From the IMG/VR virus record IMGVR_UViG_3300031957_002938, positions 25,659-89,658 of that record: a stretch of 64,000 bases of DNA; one strand, given 5' to 3'. Origin of the DNA: a virus. The position numbers were made by a program, and so were the translations under genes. Position 1 is the first letter of the stretch, and each line of letters begins with the position of its first letter. Below are positions 57,801-64,000 of this stretch, in pieces. Under the pieces are notes generated by a model. That model saw only the letters and a program-made list of their open reading frames with translations. It was not told where the DNA came from and made no database searches.

Positions 57801-60800
57801 AGGCACTGAATACGTGCATCTAGCTACTGAAGGTATCAGATTTGGAGGAACTGATGGCGCAACTGAATCTTCTAATCTAGTAGTTGATGGTAAAGTTGGT
57901 ATAGGAACAACTAATCCGTCAGACAATTTAACTGTCGAGGGCGGAGGTATCACATTAGGTGGAACAGGCAGAATACAAGGTATTGATACTGTTTCATCAG
58001 GGACGGACGCTACGAGTAAAACTTATGTTGATAATGCCATCTCTTCTGGTGTCGGCAGTTACTTGCCACTAGCAGGTGGAACTCTGACAGGCAACTTAAC
58101 AATAGGTAGTGATACTAATGGAAAAGACTTTCTAGTATACGGTAATGCTACTGGTGAAAAATTAAGTTGGGATGCTAGTGAAAGTAAATTACAAATTAAT
58201 CATGATACTGATGATTTTGGTGTTGGTATATTTACAGTTTCATCAGCATCAATGACTCAACCTCAATTGAAAGTAGGTAGAGATCAAAATCAATATTGGG
58301 GAGTTTACACTAATGACAGAGACGCACATTTAGTGCATAGACAAGATGAAACTAGTGGCAATATGTCTACTAGATTTGATCAATGGGATAGTAATACATC
58401 CGACAACAACGGTTTTTGGGCGTGGAGGGTCGGCAATGGCACTGGAGCTAGTATGCAAACCGCTATGACTTTAACTCAAGCAGGAAACTTAACTCTTGAG
58501 GGCGGAGGTATCACATTAGGTGGAACTGGTAGAATACAAGGGATTGATACGGTTTCATCAGGGACTGACGCTACGAGTAAGACTTACGTTGATAACGCCA
58601 TCTCTTCTGGTGTCGGGAGTTACTTACCACTAGCAGGTGGCACAGTGACTGGAACTTTGAATGTCAGCGGTTCATCTAGTGTATTACTAAGAGTAAGAGG
58701 TGGAGCTAGAATAGCTTTAGAAAACGCAAGCCAGACGGATAGTTTTTATTTATCTAATACGGGAGGTAATGGCGCTTCTATTTTAGATTTAGGAGGAGCA
58801 TTAACTCTCGCAGAAGGCGGCGAAGCAACCTTTGCAGGTAATATTATAGCTGGCGGCGCTGTTTACCCTGCTACAAATGCAGCGGCTAGTTTGGGTTTAA
58901 GTAATAAGCAATGGGCTGGGTTAGACTTAAGTTCTAGTTCTGCTATTACTTGGGGCAATGGAGATGCGGAAATAATAGAAGGAGAAACTAACAATTATAG
59001 TTTAACATTTAAAACTTACGACGGAAGCGCTAACTCGGCCGCTCTAAGATTAGATGGCGATAATACTGCAACTTTTGCAGGGGCTGTTACAATAGCAAAT
59101 TTATCAGTATCACAAACAGCACCTACCACTCAACTTCTTTTTGATAATAACAATATTGATGATGGTGGAGGTTATAATATTGATTTTAAATCAAGTTCTA
59201 ATGATACCGCCAATAGATTCATGGCAAGAATCCAAGCATTGCGAGGTAGCGGTGCTATAAGTAGTTTAGGATTTTTTACAGAAACAGGATCGGCATTAAC
59301 AAGGGCGTTGCTATTAGATAGCTCACAAAACGCAACTTTTGCAGGTGATGTAATCGTAAGTGGCGGCGGTATCACATTAGGTGGAACTGGTAGAATACAA
59401 GGTGTTGATACTGTAACAGACGGTACAGACGCTACAAGTAAAACTTACGTTGATAATGCCATTACGTCTGGTGTCGGTAGTTACTTGCCACTAACAGGTG
59501 GAACTCTAACGGGAGCCTTAACTATTAGTACCTCTGCTGATGCAATGATTAATCTTGATCAGACAGGTTCAGATACAGGTTGGAGTTATATTAATTTTAA
59601 AACTTTAGGCACTAGAAACTATTACGTCGGTCAAGATTCTAGTAAAAACTTTAACATTTATAATGATAATATTGATGTTGTAGCACTATCTGTATCTTAT
59701 GCTTCAAACGTTACCACAATCGGTGGCGACTTAACTGTCGCAGGAGGAGATATCACATTAAGTGGGACGGGTAGAATACAAGGGATTGATACCGTAACAA
59801 ATTCCACAGACGCAGCTAACAAAGCTTATGTAGATGCTCAAGTCGGTAGCGCAGATACTTTACAAGAAGTAACGGATAATGGAGCCACTACGACGAATAA
59901 CATAAGTATAGGAACAACGAATACGTTTACTGCTGGCGGGACAGCTAAGTTGTCTGTAAGTGGACTAATTAGTTGGGGAGCTTCCAGTTCAGATCTTTCT
60001 TATTTTAGAAGGTTGTCTGCTGGTAATTTCCAATGGCAAACATACAATGGAGGCAACAGTGGAAACATACATTTGCAACCTTATGGCGGTAGCGTTGGTA
60101 TCGGAACAACGAGTCCTAGCGGATTATTACAAGTCGGCGAATACACAGTAGCATCGCAGGGAAACCAAGGCACTTATGGAAATTTAAGTAGTTTCGCTAA
60201 CAGTGATACTGATAATATATTTTTAGGATTAAAGAATGGATCTTATCCGAATAGGGGTTTTGCATTCAGAACCGTAGCAGTAGGCGTTAATTGTGATTTT
60301 ACTATTTACGAACACGGGCAAGGCTCGGCAGAAGTATTTAGAATAACCGCTGGCGGTAACGTTGGTATAGGAACAGATGACCCTAGTGCAGAACTAGAGA
60401 TAGCTTCATCGGCAGCTACTATAAGATTAACAGATTCTGATTTAACAAATACTTTTAGTGAAATAGAAAAAGGTGGAGATTATTTATATTTCTACTCTAG
60501 AGCTAATTCTTCTAACGGAGGCTTTTTATTCGCTGGAGATAATGGAACTACTGAAACGGAGTTCATGCGTATCGCAACCGATGGAGATGTCGGTATAGGT
60601 AGTAATACTCCATCAGCAAAACTTGATGTCGCTGGAGGTATAAAATTATTAGATAATAATTACTTAACTTGGAATAGTAGTAACACAAGAATAGTTGGTA
60701 ACTCTTCTTACTTGCAATTTCAAGTTGCGGCATCTGATAAAGTCAGAATAACGAGCGCAGGTAATGTTGGTATAGGAACAAATAGTCCGAATGTTAGGTT

Positions 60801-63800
60801 AGAATTAAGGAGGGAAGATAGTGGAGATTTGTTTGAGTTAAATAGACCAGCTAGCGGAGTCAGTGCATTATATGGAGGCGTTTCTAGTAACGATCCTTAT
60901 CTTTACTCAAACAACGGTATTTTCTCTTTAGGAGTCAACAATCCTAATGGAGGATTAGGAGGTGAAGTAGCTTACATAACGATGCGGAATGGCTCCACTA
61001 GATACACTACTTTTGAAGCTGGTAATGTTGGTATAGGGACAAATAGTCCAGCTTATAAACTTGATGTTGCTGGAGGCCAAGCAAGAATAGGTAGCAGTTC
61101 AGAAACTACAACCTCACTTTACTTAACGGCTACTAATACGGCTGGATCGCCAGCTATAGCGGTCCGAACAATAATGCAAGGTTATGAGGGTAGAGGTATG
61201 GGAACCTTCTATACAGATACTACATATGCTGGAGAAGAGTGGTTTTGTGGGATGAATTACTCTGGCGGTTTCAACAGATGGTCAGTAGGTTATGATGAAT
61301 CTGGTGGTCAGGCAGAGTATTTGGCTAATGCTAAATTTACTGTATTCCATAATGGTTACGTTGGTGTAGGAACACATAATCCATCCTCTCTACTCCATAT
61401 TGCAGATAGTGGTAGTGATGTAAAATTCACTTTAGATAGAACTGATGCGAGAACATATTCTATATATACAAATTCAACCAGTGATTTAAAAATTAAAGAT
61501 GAAGACGCTGGTGCGGATCGGATTACAATAAAAAGCGACGGTAACGTTGGTATAGGAACAAATAGTCCATCGCACAAGTTAGAAATAGGATTAACTAGCT
61601 CTGTTGCTTTAGCCAATCAACCCGCAGAACCTTTACATGTAAGCAATAATGGACAAAGTGTAGATGGAAGAGTCTTTATATCCGTCAAACATGACATAAT
61701 AAATACAGCATCAGCTCCTGGGGCTGGATTAAAAATGACAGCAGGTGCGGTCACTTCTGGAACTGCATCTTACTTTGATTCATTAATATACTTGGAGTCA
61801 GCGGGTCCAGGAAGTGATACTATCCACTCTGCTCCAAAAGCTATTAAGTTTTATGTAGATAATCACGCTACAAATGCTGGTAGTGGGACAAATTATAGTG
61901 ATTTAGGTGACCTTGCATTGACTATTTCAGAAGATGCTCTAGTTGGTATTGGCACTAGTCCCAACAGAAATCTTAGCATTGTAGGTCAGATTGGTATAGA
62001 TAACTCAACATCACCTACAGGTGGTATGTTGATTGCTCCCGATGGGAATTCTAATAAAATCTATTCAAGAACGAGTAATAGTAGCGGTTCACCTCACCCG
62101 TTAGACTTCCTTATAGGTAGTGATTTAGCTATGACTATCGATGCTGATAGTCATGTCCTCATCAATGGCGCTAATGACAATAGTAATAGGGCAGACTTCG
62201 CTGTAGGCGTTGGAGGAAGCCCAAGGGTTTCATGGCATGGAAACCAAGTTCAGATAGGCGGGACCGACATGAACTACAATGGAAACATCACACATGATGG
62301 GACTTTTAGAATGACCTCTTGGTCTAGTTCTATAAACTTCATGTGTAATTCTTCAAATGGAGGTTCCACAAGAGACATATCATTTACACCCTTCAATGGA
62401 GCTGCTCCTGTAACATCAGTGACCATGAAAGGTGCTGGTCAAGTTGGTATAGGCACTAATACTCCATCAGATGGAGATTTAAGCGTAAACACACCAATAC
62501 TTCACGTAAGAGGCCCAGACACCGCAAGCGCTTACAATCTAGTTGCTAGGTTCCAAGGAGGAAATGATAACAATAACACGGGTGCAGCTATCTTAATAAA
62601 CCACAGTAATGACAGAGGGTTATTGATTAATGCTGGTAGGGCTGATAGTGATAGAGAAGTCGCTTATTTTAATTTAGTAAGCTCTGGCGCTGTAGTTACT
62701 AATGTCCTTACACTTAGGAAGGTAGGTTCTTATCATAATGCTGGTATAGGTGTAGAAGATCCAGATGCCAAATTAGAAATCAAAGGTTCGTCTACAGGAG
62801 GTAGCGCTTATTCATTGAGAGTTAGGAATAGTAATGACAATGAGCTTTTGACCGTTAGAGATGACGGTGTAAGTTACTTTAACGGCGGCGATGTTGGTAT
62901 AGGAACAACTGGTCCACAGACTGAATTGCACGTAAACGGTAGTATCGGAGCATACACTTCTGATTACGCAACTGGGTCTACAGGATCTAGACTGTTAATG
63001 AAAACCTCTGCTTCTACAGGCAATACATACTCTTTTATCCAAGCTCAAGATGTTGGAGGAACTAGCAATAACGTTTTAGCTCTACAACCTTATGGGGATA
63101 ATGTCGGTATAGGAACAACTGCTCCAGATTTTAAATTAGATGTCGCTGGAGATATAGGTATGGATGGGAAACTATACCACAACGGAGATCACAATACATA
63201 TATAGGATTTGAAAGCGATAATATTAAGTTGAGGACTGGTGGTACTGATGCGATTACTATAAATTCATCTCAAAACGTTGGTATAGGAACAACTAGTCCT
63301 GATTCTAGACTAGAAGTGCAGACTTCTGTTGGCTCTCCAATGTTACATTTGAGGCCAAATGCAGCCTCTACAGCACTCAATCCTGTTATATTATATAGGA
63401 ATCAGCTTAATGGCTCTGCAAACTATATGCTTTGTGAAGGGACTTCGACTTACTTCGGAACATACAATGGAGGCGCTCCAACTGATAAGTCCGAAATGAT
63501 CCGAATACTTCCGAGTTCTTCGGATTCTCCTTCTTTAAGAATAGGTGACGCAGGATCTACTGCCGCTAATTTACAAGTTGGAGGGAATATAAAATTATTA
63601 AATAATGGAACCAGCTACATTAATGGTGGCGATGTTGGTATAGGAACAACTAGTCCTGATACAATTTTGGAAATTTATGAAACAGACACATCGACCTCGG
63701 CCACATCTGGTTTAAAAATTACTAATAACAGTTCAACCACTAACACTATTGCTGGGATTTTATTCCAAAATTATGACAATCATGGGGCTTGGATTCGTTC

Positions 63801-64000
63801 CATAAGAACTGGAAGCTCAAACGGGAAACTCTCATTCGGAACTAATAGTGGAGCAGGTATTGCGGAGTCAAATATTTCTGAAAGAATGGTCATTGACCAT
63901 AACGGCAACGTTGGTATAGGAACAACGAGTCCAATTGCTAAATTTGAAGTAACTGATGGTAGTTCTTCTATAACCTTGCAAGAATATTCAAGCGGCGCAG
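54814..64000 (+). CDS. Giant modular tail fibre 2 (>3000 aa, runs off the window)
   Basis: Starts MPTVTGDNF and is in frame at the window end. About 25 NVGIGT..P repeats plus DTLQTVTDRG linkers. Absent from the ORF track, consistent with no stop codon in the window. Confidence 0.85.
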   Translation, partial: MPTVTGDNFYIDKHNLQFRTGVESLASIEYSKLSESISINTAGTGAINIGDAGGDIFIGDGLNQTDIVFEQNGAIRGLSNKTLSLGQPDSFVQVNAQDFIVSGDAQFSGQLTVDGNPVMTGANPFDEDTLQTVTDRGATTTNSIGIGTNSPRGKLDIVGNTDNDTDFLTIQDDDPSAGSHRPSIRFRSDSAQIGQIVSLNNGMRFSVGTTEDSLLEIKSGGNVGIGTTSPSNKLTVTTSTTSDGVFIETSQPVTYAKLFNSNSESFPVGNLNLSYGSNSTAVIVALSNRMTLKGGYTTGGQISFLSASSEIMRMTSTGLGIGTTSPTVALDVVGRLNVSGITNINGTYLNIGGGYGSTGSSLDSSGNIQANGYLHVDGNVGIGTTSPTSPLTIKSNSVSSNDSALTIQGNSNTNAIVKIAEKATDGARFHMYDGGVEKIAFYTDGTANHISAGNVGIGTNSPTAQLQSVAPDGNKSSLRLGRSDTSIFWDFNHAGGDLRIWNSAASGSDILLGVDAGGTAKNNKLGIGTASPTAKLHVQGTSFFFDQAIFDDKVGIGTASPSKKLEVNSGSGNTDGIRITGSGANTSLIINNTGSNGVAWDITSTGGGHGYGDGALHFGVAFGLPKMKITSTGNVGIGTTDPATILDIDDGTLSDIRIRGNATTDVRFAGIAFYNTAGSDTVAAVNVDRDGANDAGALTFDTQPAGGGNTERLRISSTGAIKFNNYGAGTFTGTVTQKLGVDSSGNVIEMPIGAGPVDGSGTANYLARWIDSDTLGIGAAYDNGTNVGIGTNSPSAKLDIGSVFTFNTSTDLLTITNNQNTGGINLSGGNSRIYFGGYRAIEGDQSGGTLYIGEGYGTISLMDDVSINGQLTLNGYVQAGNVKFERGGINNSTYTMLCTVAGDRLASIVNMTITGTSNAVVLSSSFEINVNHYQDIHVRSLSGDYTEATIRITSNNNEDYSIELKHNGSTTTNVEVCVFPQAGETITPTTTDPNYTGTEYVHLATEGIRFGGTDGATESSNLVVDGKVGIGTTNPSDNLTVEGGGITLGGTGRIQGIDTVSSGTDATSKTYVDNAISSGVGSYLPLAGGTLTGNLTIGSDTNGKDFLVYGNATGEKLSWDASESKLQINHDTDDFGVGIFTVSSASMTQPQLKVGRDQNQYWGVYTNDRDAHLVHRQDETSGNMSTRFDQWDSNTSDNNGFWAWRVGNGTGASMQTAMTLTQAGNLTLEGGGITLGGTGRIQGIDTVSSGTDATSKTYVDNAISSGVGSYLPLAGGTVTGTLNVSGSSSVLLRVRGGARIALENASQTDSFYLSNTGGNGASILDLGGALTLAEGGEATFAGNIIAGGAVYPATNAAASLGLSNKQWAGLDLSSSSAITWGNGDAEIIEGETNNYSLTFKTYDGSANSAALRLDGDNTATFAGAVTIANLSVSQTAPTTQLLFDNNNIDDGGGYNIDFKSSSNDTANRFMARIQALRGSGAISSLGFFTETGSALTRALLLDSSQNATFAGDVIVSGGGITLGGTGRIQGVDTVTDGTDATSKTYVDNAITSGVGSYLPLTGGTLTGALTISTSADAMINLDQTGSDTGWSYINFKTLGTRNYYVGQDSSKNFNIYNDNIDVVALSVSYASNVTTIGGDLTVAGGDITLSGTGRIQGIDTVTNSTDAANKAYVDAQVGSADTLQEVTDNGATTTNNISIGTTNTFTAGGTAKLSVSGLISWGASSSDLSYFRRLSAGNFQWQTYNGGNSGNIHLQPYGGSVGIGTTSPSGLLQVGEYTVASQGNQGTYGNLSSFANSDTDNIFLGLKNGSYPNRGFAFRTVAVGVNCDFTIYEHGQGSAEVFRITAGGNVGIGTDDPSAELEIASSAATIRLTDSDLTNTFSEIEKGGDYLYFYSRANSSNGGFLFAGDNGTTETEFMRIATDGDVGIGSNTPSAKLDVAGGIKLLDNNYLTWNSSNTRIVGNSSYLQFQVAASDKVRITSAGNVGIGTNSPNVRLELRREDSGDLFELNRPASGVSALYGGVSSNDPYLYSNNGIFSLGVNNPNGGLGGEVAYITMRNGSTRYTTFEAGNVGIGTNSPAYKLDVAGGQARIGSSSETTTSLYLTATNTAGSPAIAVRTIMQGYEGRGMGTFYTDTTYAGEEWFCGMNYSGGFNRWSVGYDESGGQAEYLANAKFTVFHNGYVGVGTHNPSSLLHIADSGSDVKFTLDRTDARTYSIYTNSTSDLKIKDEDAGADRITIKSDGNVGIGTNSPSHKLEIGLTSSVALANQPAEPLHVSNNGQSVDGRVFISVKHDIINTASAPGAGLKMTAGAVTSGTASYFDSLIYLESAGPGSDTIHSAPKAIKFYVDNHATNAGSGTNYSDLGDLALTISEDALVGIGTSPNRNLSIVGQIGIDNSTSPTGGMLIAPDGNSNKIYSRTSNSSGSPHPLDFLIGSDLAMTIDADSHVLINGANDNSNRADFAVGVGGSPRVSWHGNQVQIGGTDMNYNGNITHDGTFRMTSWSSSINFMCNSSNGGSTRDISFTPFNGAAPVTSVTMKGAGQVGIGTNTPSDGDLSVNTPILHVRGPDTASAYNLVARFQGGNDNNNTGAAILINHSNDRGLLINAGRADSDREVAYFNLVSSGAVVTNVLTLRKVGSYHNAGIGVEDPDAKLEIKGSSTGGSAYSLRVRNSNDNELLTVRDDGVSYFNGGDVGIGTTGPQTELHVNGSIGAYTSDYATGSTGSRLLMKTSASTGNTYSFIQAQDVGGTSNNVLALQPYGDNVGIGTTAPDFKLDVAGDIGMDGKLYHNGDHNTYIGFESDNIKLRTGGTDAITINSSQNVGIGTTSPDSRLEVQTSVGSPMLHLRPNAASTALNPVILYRNQLNGSANYMLCEGTSTYFGTYNGGAPTDKSEMIRILPSSSDSPSLRIGDAGSTAANLQVGGNIKLLNNGTSYINGGDVGIGTTSPDTILEIYETDTSTSATSGLKITNNSSTTNTIAGILFQNYDNHGAWIRSIRTGSSNGKLSFGTNSGAGIAESNISERMVIDHNGNVGIGTTSPIAKFEVTDGSSSITLQEYSSGA
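57937..59845 (+). repeat. Four copies of an approximately 100-145 bp intragenic repeat (GGGITLGGTGRIQGIDTV..GTDATSKTYVD...YLPLAGGT)
   Basis: Copies start near 57937, 58498, 59362 and 59740 (the last is partial). Confidence 0.85.

Noticed and set aside
43042-64000. Diversity-generating retroelement acting on the fibres
   Set aside because: No reverse transcriptase is present, and the repeat copies differ mainly at synonymous positions rather than specifically at adenines.
1-64000. Stop-codon reassignment
   Set aside because: Long genes read through intact in the standard code, and TAA, TAG and TGA all terminate genes. The tRNA anticodon TAA decodes Leu UUA and is not a suppressor.

Overview
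A 64-kb segment of a large, AT-rich tailed dsDNA phage with a lambda-like L/K/I/J tail tip, probably aquatic. The host is likely Gram-negative, and a Verrucomicrobia-like host is weakly suggested. (i) 1-11.7 kb, minus strand: head and packaging module with partial major capsid, head accessory protein, protease-scaffold, portal, TerL, ERCC4 nuclease, sigma-like factor, PhoH and a possible tail-tube protein. (ii) 11.7-18.8 kb, plus strand: early/host-takeover array of small genes, most with their own sigma70-type promoter about 6 nt before the ATG (leaderless). Five copies of a 77-bp double-dyad element punctuate this array, three forward and two inverted. (iii) 18.8-35.2 kb, mostly minus strand: accessory genes (SprT-like, tRNA-Leu(TAA), RuvB, pyrimidine-dimer glycosylase, GT34, EndoVII, MazG, PPase). 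These are followed by a lysis cassette that also holds a stand-alone chemoreceptor-type sensor domain and an outer-membrane beta-barrel. (iv) 35.2-64 kb, plus strand: tail tip genes and two giant (about 3000 aa) modular fibre proteins, the second running off the window. A GTGTAA motif 8-14 nt before start codons looks like the phage late promoter. All product calls come from motif recognition by eye, not from database searches.
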